Assembly: GCF_001194135.2 (NCBI RefSeq)
Contig: NC_068981.1
Coordinates: 14,988,592-15,052,591, forward strand
DNA length: 64,000 nt
Direction of reading: 5' to 3'
From: Octopus bimaculoides
Taxonomy: Eukaryota
Under the pieces are notes generated by a model. It saw nothing but the letters and a program-made list of their open reading frames with translations. It was not told the origin of the DNA and did not search any database. The translations under genes and the position numbers were made by a program. Shown piece by piece: positions 37,500 to 50,760 of this stretch. Positions within the stretch are counted from its first letter, which is position 1. Every line of letters starts with the position of its first letter.

Positions 37500-37910
37500 A
37501 GAGGTAAGCTATGTCCGTTTTGCAATGATGTGGCCAAAATCTACATCAATAAGACATGTTAACAGAGATGTTATGATTTATATAGACAGCGAGACTTGTA
37601 ACGATTACCATTTGTTATACGCAAACGTATACACCAAATACCACCAGATTTATGTTGGTTGCACAACAGAGAAATTAATCAAAAGATTTATTGTGCATCT
37701 GTGTGAAATCTGATACAATAAAATTACTTCGACGCAACATGCTGGGCATTTTAGCGCAAGCGACTGTAAAACTCCTGAGCACCTGAAAAGATATATTCTC
37801 AGAAAATATTCTGATTCAACCTGATTCTCAGTCTTCAAAACACATGAAGATAAATACATTTGTGAGTTATTACGCACAGCAGAGATGAACTATATGACAT
37901 AGGAATTTCA
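37500..37910 (+). mobile_element. Penelope-like GIY-YIG endonuclease remnant
   Basis: GKLCPFC followed by TCNDYHLLYANVYTKYHQIYVGCTTEKLIKRFIVH..QHAGHF (YVG..R..H..HF pattern). Confidence 0.75.
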
Positions 37911-38062
37911 CCAGATTTATACAAAACCTTTTGACTATGTTCCCTTAGCTTTTGTCTGGTTTTCTTCACTTGAAACTTGACTTCTTTTTGGTGTAGATAG
38001 GAAGAAGGATACTGCAGTTGAAACTTGTGTGTACTTTTTTTTTTATTTTTCATAATTCTATT

Positions 38063-38395
38063 CTTACTAACTTAATACCGCATTTTGCACTTGGAATTTC
38101 ATATTTATCTTCGTGAAGAGTTTAGTCAATTTAAAAAATATCCTGGACTAAATGCGGTGCTCCAGCATGGTCACAGTCAAATGACTGAAACAAGTAAAAG
38201 AGTAAAGAGTATATTTGAAATATTGCTGAGCTAATCTGCATGTGTCTATATGTGTACATACAGGGTAGGTGTTAAATTTGCGTCTTGGCGAGTGTGTATT
38301 TAATTTTATTAGCATACCTTACTAACTTAATACCGCATTTTGCACTTGCAATTTCATATTTATCTTCGTGAAGAATTTAGTCAATTTAAAAAATA
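38063..38395 (+). repeat. 78 bp direct repeat flanking a 182 bp copy of 43462-43643
   Basis: 38063-38140 matches 38318-38395 (2 mismatches). 38138-38319 matches 43462-43643 (~6 mismatches). Junction microhomologies are ATA and CT. Confidence 0.9.
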
Positions 38396-39424
38396 AATAC
38401 ATGAATAATAATGAAGTTTTAGTATTGTGATATAAGACTTTCATTTATAATACTCGAATTTCTCCGCCTGAAGATATTTAACTTATAAAAGCGCAGCATT
38501 AAATTTAAATTAAATAAACAAAAAACAAGTAATCAGCAATATCTAACGATCTCTGGTTTGAATACCATAATATTTATAAAAGTGATTATAAAATTTATAA
38601 TTCTCAGAACTACCACAAATATGTCTACGTATCTGAACTATAGAATAACTCGTTAAAAACTAGTTTATACAAGGGCAGAATGTTCTAAGTAATTCTAGAT
38701 TATGCGATAATTACCCATTCACAAAATGTTGTCAGCGTGAAAATATGTATTTTACCTAAGTATAATTTGAATTAATAACATTCCTAAACTTTTATAAATG
38801 TTATATTTGTATTGTCGCCCATACTTTAATAAAATGAAAGTATTCAACTCGCCTGATGAATACATATCAAAAGTAAAATATAACGATGAATATTTAACTT
38901 ACAATGGTCTACATTAAATTCTTCTATAAGCAGATAGACAAGATTTTATATTCTATTTCATTAAAAAATAAATAAATGAAAGTTTGCAATTCACTGAATG
39001 CATTAATATTATTGAACTTTTTTTCCTAATTATACTAAACGAAACAGTAGCAGATTTAGTACCCAGGAAATGAATCATTATAAATTAGGTCATAATGGTA
39101 GCGACATCAACATAAATAACAATAATAATAAATCCATCGCCATAGAGCAATTTGCATATATTTAACTATTTTTTGTAATGTTGTTTATTCTATGCTGAAT
39201 TTATTTTATTTATATTCAGTTTACATCATCATAAATTGTAGCATTAGTCTACGTTTCCATTTTCAGTTATTTTTTGTAAAATGCATTCCTGAATTCACTC
39301 TGTGTACTCGGCTGTATGTAAATGTATGTACATTTAGATTTATCTCTACTTATATACAGATACTTGCTTATATTATTTTGTGCATATAATTATATATGCG
39401 CATCTATTATATTCGCATTCATCC

Positions 39425-39456
<32 letters not shown>

Positions 39457-41244
39457 TTGAACATGCATATATATATATATATATATATATATANNNNNNN
39501 NNNNNNNNNNNNNNNNNNNNNNNNNNNNNNNNNNNNNNNNNNNNNNNNNNNNNNNNNNNNNNNNNNNNNNNNNNNNNNNNNNNNNNNNNNNNNNNNNNNN
39601 NNNNNNNNNNNNNNNNNNNNNNNNNNNNNNNNNNNNNNNNNNNNNNNNNNNNNNNNNNNNNNNNNNNNNNNNNNNNNNNNNNNNNNNNNNNNNNNNNNNN
39701 NNNNNNNNNNNNNNNNNNNNNNNNNNNNNNNNNNNNNNNNNNNNNNNNNNNNNNNNNNNNNNNNNNNNNNNNNNNNNNNNNNNNNNNNNNNNNNNNNNNN
39801 NNNNNNNNNNNNNNNNATATATATATATATATATATAATATCTTTAATAGCATTTTGACTCAGCTACAATTGACGAACCCACTCTGCTGTCAGAAGCACC
39901 TACATGTATCTTAGTCTAGCAGGGTACCAAATAATATACAAACATACACACAGACATATACATTTACATGTGTGGGTCAGTATGAGGTAGTGTGTTTGCA
40001 TAAGCGTACATATCACTGTTTGGATTTATGACAGTTGTCTTCGCGACCAACAACCCATCTTAATCTTAAGCTGATACATTTTATGTATATGAACTACTTG
40101 TATCTTATCCGTAATTTTCTCAGACCCTTCTCTTTAACAATTTTAAGTATATTGAGTTCTTCAATATTTAGTGCTTTACTATATTTAGAAGGACGCATTT
40201 GAAGAGATGTTTATTCAAGAAAGTAACTTAGCTTTCATTATGTTGCCTTTCACTTCTTTTGTATCTTTGTAGCATTTCTTACTGCATTGTGTATCTGTAC
40301 TATGCTAGTTATATACAAATACATACACACAGAAACCCACATATACACACACACATGCACTCATAAATGTGTGTGTTATTTAATAAACACAATATACGAT
40401 TTTATATGCTACTATTTGATTCATGTCTTTTGATCCTGCCGAACAGCGTTTTTTTAACACTCCTGGTATCCTAGTACAATCATCAGCCATTGCTCACGTG
40501 GCATACCGAACGTATTTTGTTGATCATACCATCCCGGAACAGTAGGCTATGTACTAGGGTCTGACAAGACGTATGTAGAGCTGGGTGCTTTATGGACGCG
40601 AAGCCATGGTTAACCCAGTTAACCTGTCATGAATATGTATCTCTAAACATTCTACTGCTCTTTAATTTAGAGTGTGCTTCTCTTTGAATTTATTTTATGA
40701 ATTTACTGATGATATGTGTGTATGTGTGTGTGCATGATGAATTTAATTCTAAAATAAGAACTTAGTCTTAACATTTTTTAGTAATGACTACAATTGTCTC
40801 GGTGCAACATTATCAGCTACTAAATGCTGAATGTTATAAATATTATCCTCATTATTGCATTAATATGACCCAACGAATGTAGCATAAATGCTAGTCTTCG
40901 GGTAAGTTAGGTCCAAAGAACTGTTAATCATCTTTAGTTTCTCTTTATATATACCTACACAATTATACTATTTTTAGCTGTCCATTGACAAAGAACAATA
41001 TGGAAATACAAAGATATATAAATGTGAAAATATATTATAAATAAATTAATGGTAATAAAAAAATAATAGATACAGAACCCCTTTTTTACTTCTTCCTTAA
41101 TCGCAGACTTGTCCTGACAGTTAGGAAAATGAACGAGCAATCTAAGTTAATAAAGTGCTTAAATGATAAATTCGAACAATCGTTTCTCTCTGGGTCTTTT
41201 ATCGATCCGCTTCAAAGGAAGTCAGAGGGAGCTATTTCTATTTT

Positions 41245-41462
41245 TTATCTTTTACATTTTTCAATCATTACACTGCAGCCATGGTTGGGCACCGCGTTGA
41301 AGAATTCTTATTCGAATGAATCTACCTCAGTACTTGTTTCTTGTAAGCCTGGTACTTATTTTATCGACCAATTTTCACGAATCGGGAAGGTACGGGGACG
41401 TAAATACACCAACAACTTTGTCAAGCGGTGGTGAGGGACTAACGGAACACACTCACACACAC
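41245..41462 (-). mobile_element. SINE family A, 3' half
   Basis: tcaatcattacactgcagccatggttgggcaccgcgttgaag...gtaagcctggtacttattttatcg...ggggacgtaaatacaccaacaactttgtcaagcg. Confidence 0.8.
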
Positions 41463-42001
41463 NNNNNNNNNNNNNNNNNNNNNNNNNNNNNNNNNNNNNN
41501 NNNNNNNNNNNNNNNNNNNNNNNNNNNNNNNNNNNNNNNNNNNNNNNNNNNNNNNNNNNNNNNNNNNNNNNNNNNNNNNNNNNNNNNNNNNNNNNNNNNN
41601 NNNNNNNNNNNNNNNNNNNNNNNNNNNNNNNNNNNNNNNNNNNNNNNNNNNNNNNNNNNNNNNNNNNNNNNNNNNNNNNNNNNNNNNNNNNNNNNNNNNN
41701 NNNNNNNNNNNNNNNNNNNNNNNNNNNNNNNNNNNNNNNNNNNNNNNNNNNNNNNNNNNNNNNNNNNNNNNNNNNNNNNNNNNNNNNNNNNNNNNNNNNN
41801 NNNNNNNNNNNNNNNNNNNNNNNNNNNNNNNNNNNNNNNNNNNNNNNNNNNNNNNNNNNNNNNNNNNNNNNNNNNNNNNNNNNNNNNNNNNNNNNNNNNN
41901 NNNNNNNNNNNNNNNNNNNNNNNNNNNNNNNNNNNNNNNNNNNNNNNNNNNNNNNNNNNNNNNNNNNNNNNNNNNNNNNNNNNNNNNNNNNNNNTATATA
42001 C

Positions 42002-42041
<40 letters not shown>

Positions 42042-43153
42042 ATATATAGTTTACTCCTGATCAAATTGCATTCGCTACAATATTATCTGGGACCAAATAT
42101 GACACTTCATGCATTGAGTAGATATTAAATTCTATTAAACTTTAACAATATTTTTGAAGCAATGAACAATTTTCTTCAAAACAATGATATAATTTGTCGA
42201 TTTCGAACTTATTGTATTGCTGCATGATAAACAACAGTACCACTACCATCGCCACAATATCTGTCATACACAAACCATGCAAAGTTCTGACGCCACCACC
42301 ATCACTACCTTTGACTTTACCGCTTTCCCTTCCATCACCACTGTCTGTCACATCGCTTATTCATCCCTCACCCCCTCGGCTACAACCACCACCGACCGTT
42401 ACTACCCCTACCGTATCTATGTCAGCTATTACTCTCAACCCAACATGAGCAAAAGTAGGAATGTTAATGAATAGTGTGAGAGGGGGTCGAAGCGTGACGC
42501 ATTGACACACATAAATTACTTTTCGTATTTTATATATATATATATAAGAATATTTCTGTTGATTTATTTTCATGAGCCCTTTATCCTATTATAAAAGAGA
42601 AAAACAGACGGTAACTCCTTAAGTGTCACCTATTATAAGTGTATGTTTTCTGTTTCTTCATGTTCCTCTTACGAACGTTCTTTTTTCTAATTTGAAATAC
42701 TTTCATATCGATCATCTGTCGGTAATTGTTAGATTCTCTTCGATTTTATTCATTATTTCTTACAATATGTATACAACTTTTATATTTACCTTTACTTTTT
42801 CATTTCTTTTCGGTTTCTCTTCTAGAATGCTAACTTTAAATTTATGCTTATATTGCTCGTTATACATAATCATAAAACATATTAGTATATTTCGCTTTCG
42901 TGGCGTAAGTCTATAAAAATTAATTTTATGCCATGTAAATTAAGTGTGGTGGCAAAGAAACTGAAAGTACAGGCATGAATTAATCTGTAAATAATGAAGT
43001 TAATGTTATATCTATCTATCTATATCGACTTAGATCTCTAATTACTCTACCGTATTTCCTTCGCAGTAATAAAAATGAAGTTTTGAACGATAGAAAATAA
43101 GATCAAATGTCGAAAAGTTCTTCAGTGAATAATGATGTTGTTTATTTTTTCCA

Positions 43154-43535
43154 GGCGTAGGAGTGGCTGTTTGGTAAGTAGCTTGCTTAGGAACTACATG
43201 TTTCGGGGTTCAGTACCACTGCCTGGCACCTTGGGCAAGTGCCTTCTACCATATCCTCGGGTCGACGAAGCCTTGTGAGTGGATTTGGTAGANNNNNNNN
43301 NNTATATATATGTGGGGGTTGCGTGTATATGTTTGTGTGTCTGTGTTTGTTCCTCGCAACATCGCTTGACAACCGATGCTGGTGTCCCTGTAACTTAGCG
43401 GTTAGGCAAAAAAGACCGAAATAATAAGTACTAGGTTTACAAAGAATAAGACCTGGGGTCGATATCCTGGACTAAATGCAGTGCTCCAGCATGGCCACAG
43501 TCAAATGACTGAAACAAGTAAAAGAGTAAAGAGTA
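43154..43535 (+). mobile_element. SINE family A, full-length tRNA-headed copy
   Basis: A-box-like TGGCTGTTTGG (43164), B-box-like GGTTCAGTACC (43207), ccttgggcaagtg core-like segment, internal microsatellite, aaaagagt-repeat tail. Confidence 0.9.
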
Positions 43536-43694
43536 TATTTGAAATATTGCTGAGCTAATCTGCATGTGTCTATATGTGTACATACAGGGTAGGGGTTAAT
43601 TTTGCGTCTCGGCGAGTGTGTGTTTAATTTTATTAGCATACCTAATGATTCTGTCTTATTCCGAAGAATTTCAAGACAATACGATGAAACCGCG

Positions 43695-43758
43695 ATTTGT
43701 TCACTGACAAAATTCCGTACTGCTGAGATGCAACATGGAATTTTGTCAATGAACAAGT
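43695..43758 (-). ncRNA. 64 nt near-perfect hairpin (pre-miRNA-like or micro-MITE)
   Basis: On the minus strand: 29 stem positions with 2 mismatches and 3 G-U pairs, and a 6 nt loop. Confidence 0.35.
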
Positions 43759-44689
43759 AAAGTTTTCAAAGCGACGAAAATATTTTGACAAATTAAATTT
43801 AAATGTTGAAGTCTATCTAACAGTTTTTGAATGTTTTTAAATGGCTTATAAAAACCTTCCACGCTGCAATTGTTTTGTTTCGACACACCATCTCTGATAA
43901 AGTCACCTGCTATGCAAGTACACCTCCGTAATATATACATATACACCCACCACACACACACAAGATACAAACATATATATGGTCTAATGACTTTAAATAT
44001 TTGAAGTTTGACATTTATTTAATTTTACTTTGGTTTTTATATTTTATATTTTATATCATTCAACTATGTAGTAGTTGAATAATATTCTTAAGGCCGCAAT
44101 TTACTCACACGCAGTACTGGTGTCAAGCTACATTTTGCCATTAAGAATATCGAGATTTAGTCCAGTAGAAATAAGTGTACATCACAATTTGTAGCAACGT
44201 TATATGAGATTAAATAACGCCACCAACCAAGATTAAATCGAAATACCTATTTTTATTTTATAAGCAAAAACACAATTATCTTAGCTTTAATGATAGATGA
44301 AAGCATGACAAATGTTATAGCCTTCTTCCCATGCAGCAAAATCTTGTATCATAAAAGTTGTGAGGTAAGATATTATGAAAAAAATATAAGCAAGGCAAAA
44401 AATTGGATTTAAGCATAATTAACATTTTCATTTTGAAACAAACTATATTTTAGTTAAGCTTAAATGATAGTGCGGAATTAGAGGAATTTCATCGTACCAA
44501 TCCCATGCAATGGGGTTTTAAAAGAAAAAAAAGTTATGAGCCTTTCTTTCTCAAATTTGAGAGTGATACTATACTTTTTTTATTAATATAGTTCTATAAG
44601 GTTACTTTTGATATATGTCACCGGCGTCATTGATCTAACGAAAAAAGTATCAATGACACCGCTAATTCACACATTTGTGGTATTATTAA

Positions 44690-45105
44690 TTAGCATAATA
44701 GCATAGTCTTGAAAAAACATGGATTACATAGTAAAACGCGAGCAAGAGAAATAATATTCTTAAGATTATAAACCTGGAAAAATTTAGGACAAGCTATTGC
44801 ACTTGGAAAAGTTCAGAACAAATTATTACATCATGTAAAGTACAGAACAAGAAAATTTCTACTTAAAATATTGCAGCTAAGGATAAAACTTAAATATTAT
44901 TAAAATTATTTGATCTTAATTTAGAAAGTAACATTATGATTAAATAAGGTGTCATCATTTTGGTAAAATATTAACACACTAGAATACTTAAAAGATAACA
45001 GGCAGAAGTATCAATATAGCTAAAGTTTTATGCAAAGTACAATAGTATATATAGTAGGCAAATTCATTATGTAAAATAATAGACGTTGAGTCAAGACTAA
45101 ACATA
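44690..45105 (+). repeat. Third copy of the 16.4/16.8 kb dispersed repeat
   Basis: Collinear with the reverse complement of 16790-17200 over ~400 bp. Confidence 0.75.
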
Positions 45106-45215
45106 AGTAAGTACCAGTTACGCACTAGGGTCGGTGTAATCGACTTAATCCCTTTGTCTGTCCTTCTTTGTCCTCTCTATGTTTAACCACTGTGGGCAAT
45201 AAAGAAATAAATATA
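45105..45215 (+). mobile_element. SINE family B, 3' tail
   Basis: taagtaccagttacgcactagggtcggtgtaatcgacttaatccctttgtctgtcc...gggcaataaagaaataa. Confidence 0.7.
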
Positions 45216-46914
45216 TATTTAGCGGAGTCCTTAAATCAACATGTCTGTGTGTTTGTGTGTGTTTCTGTGGGTGCACATGTGTGCATGTATGTCTCTGTGT
45301 GTTTGTGTGTGTGCGTATTGTGTTTGTATGTGTGAACGTTTGGGGGTGCCTGTGTGTGAGTCTGTGTGCGTGTGGGGAGTGTAATAATAAAGGAAAAAGG
45401 GTAATATAGGCAAACTAACAATGCGTTCCTAAAAGTTGAGGGTACAATCAAAGAGAGTATCTCTAGATACCGTCAGTTGGATGGCCGAATGGGGAGTGAC
45501 CTCGTTTCAATTCAGTGATTGTGCTATTAGCAGCAGATACCCAAGTGATGGTGTTGTTGATGGCGTAATGGTCACACATGGTAATTGGTGGGTGACTGCC
45601 TCTCGGTTCGCAGTAGTGATGGTGCATGCAATTATTAGTATCGGTGTGGGCGATGGTAGTAAATGCTGCGGTGATGTCTACATCAGTGTTTTTGGCGATG
45701 GTTGTCCGAAAGTCTTTTCACCACCAGTAAATATTACGTTAATTTTCTATTATCAAGGTTAGAGTTTCACAAGAACGATACCAGAATACCCAATGGTAGA
45801 AGGAAGCTGTTTCGGTAGCCTTTCCAACAATCACCAAAGCACAGCCTCGTAAAATATCACACGGGATATGGCGACGCATCATTTTGTGCCAAGAAAAAGA
45901 TGGTGTTCATACAGATTTTCTCGATGTGTTACATTGCCAGTGACAATGAAAGTGAATATACTAAAACCAGTACATGTGTTTGATATTATTACGTTGTTCC
46001 TCTATTGTTCTTATTACTTACCGGTAGGGGGTGATAAGACTATCGGACCACCCAATACAATGAAAGCTGACGAACTTTCAATACAAAGCGATGAGAATAA
46101 ATTAAAAAAATTACCACCAGCATTTTGGTTTACGCTCTAACAACTGTATCAATTCGTCATCTACGATGCCAACATAACAGTTAAAATACATTGTTTTGTA
46201 GAATTACTTAATACCGGGAAAATATGACTTGCATATGTCAAAAATAATTGGGAAGAAAGAGGATTTACTTCGAATACAGATAGAGAGAGAGGGGTGCTAG
46301 AGGGATATTGCCAATATATAAAACTCTGCGAACTACTCAAGCTGAAGAGCATTCACTGATGCTTGAAACCTGAAAATTATAATTGATCCGCGACAGGTGT
46401 TAAATATCGTTTTATGAAAATAAATATGTAATTCATATAGACATGTATACTGTACATATCTCGTCTAGTCATTTTTTTTATCACGCTTTCATAGTAATAA
46501 TATTTTGAATGGCTGGCACAAAATATGCAGAATATTTAAAACATTAAAATATTTAAAACATTAACCACTGAAGCTACCAAAAGCAAACTTTATTGTGATA
46601 TTATGGAACTTAATTGCTTTAAATTATCATTTTTGCATGCCATATGAAAATACTGCATCGGAGCTAATGTTTTGTTGTTTTTGCTGTCGTTGCCTTAATA
46701 AATATATCAACTTCATGTGCGAACGTGCTATATTCAAGTATAAATGCACTGTAATTGGTAGAATCATTTGATTATCAGTTAAAACAATTTTCCCGGTTTT
46801 TGCACACTTCTTTCGAATCAGTCCGTGGCCAAATTTACCTTTGAACCTTTTGAAGTTGTATTCAGTAATGGATTCCAATGCTTTGATAGGTTCAATTCAA
46901 TACTATTTCTTCAA

Positions 46915-46925
46915 TTCTCTTTCTC

Positions 46926-46969
<44 letters not shown>

Positions 46970-47110
46970 ACTTACTTAGTTTATCTCTATATCTCTCTCT
47001 ATCTCTATCTCTATTTCTCACTCTTTTCCCGCTTTTACTCGTCCCCCCCCTTCTCTCTCTCTACATCTCTCTTTCTCTCCGAAAAATCGGTGTAGGTCTG
47101 ACAGAGAGAT
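46915..47110. repeat. (CTTT)n/(CT)n microsatellite
   Basis: Direct inspection. Confidence 0.9.
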
Positions 47111-48390
47111 AGAGGGATTTCTTGCAGATTCCGAAGCCTGATAAACGCAATATTTCATGGCGTCACACCGCTACGTCTACATCAAGAATTAGTGACCTGA
47201 GGCAAGACATAATATACGCATTCTACCTTAATTCTGCATAAAATAATGTTTACAGTAGTCTGTAGATGTATTTAGTACTGTTATTGAATTGAAGGTACTA
47301 TTTGAAAAATCAGATATTTTTTTTATATGGAATGAAAATATATCACGACCTATGATTATCGAATTATCGAACATGCTTAGATAAAGAGGAAATCATACTA
47401 AAAATACTGCCAGTGCTATACGCATATATAAAATCCTTATAATTAATGCCTAAAACCTATGAAATCACACATCTTGATAGTAGAATGCGTAGTCATGTGA
47501 ACATGTATAGAGGTAGATGCATACTACGAATGTTACAAGCTGAGAGCAGATTTAGTTGGTGTGTATATTTGGTATATCAGTCTCTAAGAAATTATAAATG
47601 TATGTTTAAATATCATATTTAAAATATATATTATAAATTGCGTGACACTGCGGAACATTATATATTAGTCTTGCTGCATTAGCCTTTCCTTGAGGAAGCG
47701 ATATATACAGAAAATGTAATTGAAGCATCAAGAGATTCCTGGCCAGCTTTAGCAGTAGTTGTAGTAAGATCCATAGCAGCGACATATGTATAGCATCATT
47801 CTCAGCAGCTGCAAAACTATATTATCTTATAGTCAGTGGAGTAGATATGTAGCAGGCAGTTGATATATTTCTATATTTACATACTCATATATATTTATTT
47901 AATAATGTGTTTATAAGTTTATTTATTTCAACACAGTCTGAATGAAGAAAAAAATACTAAGATACTACATAAGGAAGGAAAATTGACTTTTAATAAATAT
48001 TATGTCAAGATTTAATAAAATCTTGAGACATTTCAGATGATTTCCCTTCAAGTAGTAATGCAGATGTTTACCGAAATAAAATGACAATCGTATTTTTAAA
48101 ATCAATAAACAGAAATAAGAAAGTGTTTAAGTGCTTGTTAATATGTGGTGGTACTGAGGTTTCAAATGTGATTAAAATATACCTTAGGATTATTGAGAAA
48201 GTGCTAACGCAAAAACAGTTCATATCATAAACATTCATATGTCTACATTATTACATGGAAGTGTATTTATACTAATACTAAAATACGAATACTACACACT
48301 ATATAGATATGTATACGTCTCTCTCTCACTCTCTGTTTCTCCCTCTCTCTCTATCTCTCTGGGCATCTATCTATCTATCTATCTATCTGT

Positions 48391-48471
<81 letters not shown>

Positions 48472-48659
48472 TAGATATGTTTCGACCAAAGACTGGTCCA
48501 GGCTATGTCTAACTTAATAAGATTATCTAAATCCTTTTTAAGTCAAGTTTTGTGTTATTATGGTTCATTCAAGTTGAGCGAATTGTATCCAGTGATACGT
48601 GGCTTATCTCGTATTCTTTGAAAAAAAATCTGCCCAGACTCCGTTTAAATGTGATTGGA

Positions 48660-49975
48660 TCCTTTTCTTCTTAGATCACTTTTGGGACAATGTTGAACAG
48701 GGCAGGGCTTGTTGAGGAAAAGAAATTATGTCGCAATATACCTATATGTTGTGATCCAGAATTGGGCAGGGAACGTATGGACCGTAGTCCCAGCCTTGGA
48801 TGAACCTTGAAGCTAATGTTCAGGCCGTTTGGGTAATTCTGGCAGTATATCCTCCGAATCGTGCAAATGATGTACCGCTCGCGGCGGTGCCGTAGAGAGT
48901 AGAGTTTCAAGGCTTTAAGGCAATCCCAAAAATCGAGATCAGTCATGCTCTTAATTCGTTTAGTGAACGCCATCTGAGGTGATTCAATTTTCGAGATGTT
49001 ATGTTTTGTATGAAGAGACCACAAGGAGCAGCAGTATTCGAGGAACGGCCGTACAAAGAAGGAGAAAAGTGGAATGATGACACCTTGTTCTCTGGACCGG
49101 AAGGTTCTTAAGATCTAGGAGCTTATCCCACAAGCTATATTGACCTTATTGTTTATGTGGGCACTTCCACTGAGATTATTATCAACAATTACTCCTAGGT
49201 CTCTGATACTATTAGATGCTGTGAGCGGTTCCCCTGAAGGAAGAGTGTATGGCTGTTCTGTATAGTCTTTCTTCCAAAATGAATCAGCTCAAATGTTCCC
49301 TCGTTTAGTTGCATTTTATTTTTGTCTGCCCATTGACTGACTGGACTGCATACAGATCAGAATGGAGTTGAGTTCGGTCTTCTTCTTCATTGATGATTTG
49401 CTGGAGCTTAGTGTAATCAGCAAATATTTTTTCTTTGCAATATTTTACGACGCTGGAAAGTTCGTTTATATAGATTAGAAAGTGGAGAAGCCCAAGACAG
49501 TCCTCTGAGTGGCACCACTGGTGACTTTTGGTGGGCTTCACTGGACTCCATCGACCAGAACATGTTGTGTTCTATTCGCCAGGAAATACTCAATCCAGTG
49601 TAGAAGTTTTCCACGGATTCCAACATTTGCAAATTATGAGAGTAAGATATTACGGTCAACCCTGTCGAACGCTTTACTGAAGTGAAGATATATGACATCA
49701 GAATTCAAACCTTGTCCCAAGGCTTTAAGTATATCCTCAATGTGGTGTAAGAGCTGTGTAAGACAGTCTCTGCCACAGCGAAAACCATGCAGATTTGCAT
49801 TTAGGAGTTTGTAGATCTCCAGAAAACCAGCTATCCTTGATCTTATCACTCTTTCAAACACTTTAATGATGTGGGAGGTAAGCGAGATTGGGCTTATAAT
49901 TGACTGCCTTGGCAGAATTTGAACTCTGAACGTATCGGCAGACAATAATAATAGTTTCAAATTTTGCCACAAGGG
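48660..49975 (-). mobile_element. CR1/L2-like LINE ORF2 (RT to C-terminus), 5'-truncated and frameshifted
   Basis: PISLTSHIIKVFERVI, HGFRCGRDCLTQLL, DVIYLHFSKAFDRVD, FLIYINEL..IFADYTKL, YSLRHRRERY. Confidence 0.95.
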
Positions 49976-49982
49976 CAGCCTT

Positions 49983-50137
49983 TTGGGGGAGGAATGATTC
50001 GATTAGATCAACCCCAGTGATTCAGGATAAAAAGCAAGTCGACATCGGCAGAATTTGGACTCGGAACGAAGCGGCAGAAAATTTACCGCTAAGCATGTTG
50101 CCCGGCGTGCTAACGATTCTGCAAGCTCGTCACCTTA
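49983..50137 (-). mobile_element. SINE family B, 5' part
   Basis: Head taaggtgacgagcttgcagaatcgttagcacgccgggcaacatgcttagcgg...gagtccaaattctgccgatgtcgac on the minus strand. Confidence 0.8.
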
Positions 50138-50289
50138 CTACTGATAATAATAATGCAAGGACTAAAAGCGTATCAATAGTAAATGAAGCTTTTCTGTTCC
50201 TAACCATATAAGATGTAATACTGCAATCTTGCAAAATTGAAGCTTATTTGCAACTTCAAAATTCTTGCTAATAGTAACTCATGTTCGTA

Positions 50290-50760
50290 TGACTTAGTAT
50301 TGATTATCACCTATTTATCCAGCCAACACATAAAACCTATTGTGTTCTCCTATATTCTAACAGCTTCTGTGTTGCTGATGCTCTCCTTTTCCTCTGGATA
50401 CCCAGCTCATAGATTTGAACAGGCTGTCTCTGCCACAAACATAATAGTTAGATTACTTCCCTCCTACTCCGCATAAGACTACTACACCGTTATGACGCTG
50501 AGAACTTCTAGGATCATAAAATCTTGCAAATCTATATTGTCCTTTACTCGTACCACATTTTGTTCATATCATGCGCAGCCATACAAACATCTTTCGTGCT
50601 TCAAATGCTTCAAATGGTAATATCTTTACCAAACATTCTGACAATGAAGCCTCTGCTGTACTAGGCCCTCTTCTCTGTTACAAATTGTTCGCATGGGTAT
50701 TGCACTATATATACTTACCGGATCCCAAATCGTTCACAAATTACTGTAAACATTATCTTG
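50290..50760 (-). mobile_element. Decayed RTE-clade LINE AP-endonuclease fragment
   Basis: Remnants NVVRVK..., LTIMFV...AGYPEEKE..., ENTIGFMC.. in the order expected for the RTE endonuclease (VVRVxDR, IISAYAPQ.G..EE.K, D.IF..GD). Confidence 0.5.

Noticed and set aside
40510-40605. Open interval with AG...GTATGA ends on the minus strand
   Set aside because: Another frame reads LYIRLVRP*YIAYCS, a LINE-like LYKSLVRP.LEYCS remnant, and the acceptor is weak.
42142-45762. Thr/His/Val-rich ORFs at 42142-42474 and 45436-45762 (also 20826-21128)
   Set aside because: They are decayed trinucleotide repeats (cac/cat/ggt/gat), with no splice or domain evidence.
48470-48515. Hammerhead-like gacca/tggtc-GAAAC on the minus strand
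   Set aside because: The CUGANGA core is missing four bases and stems I/III do not pair.
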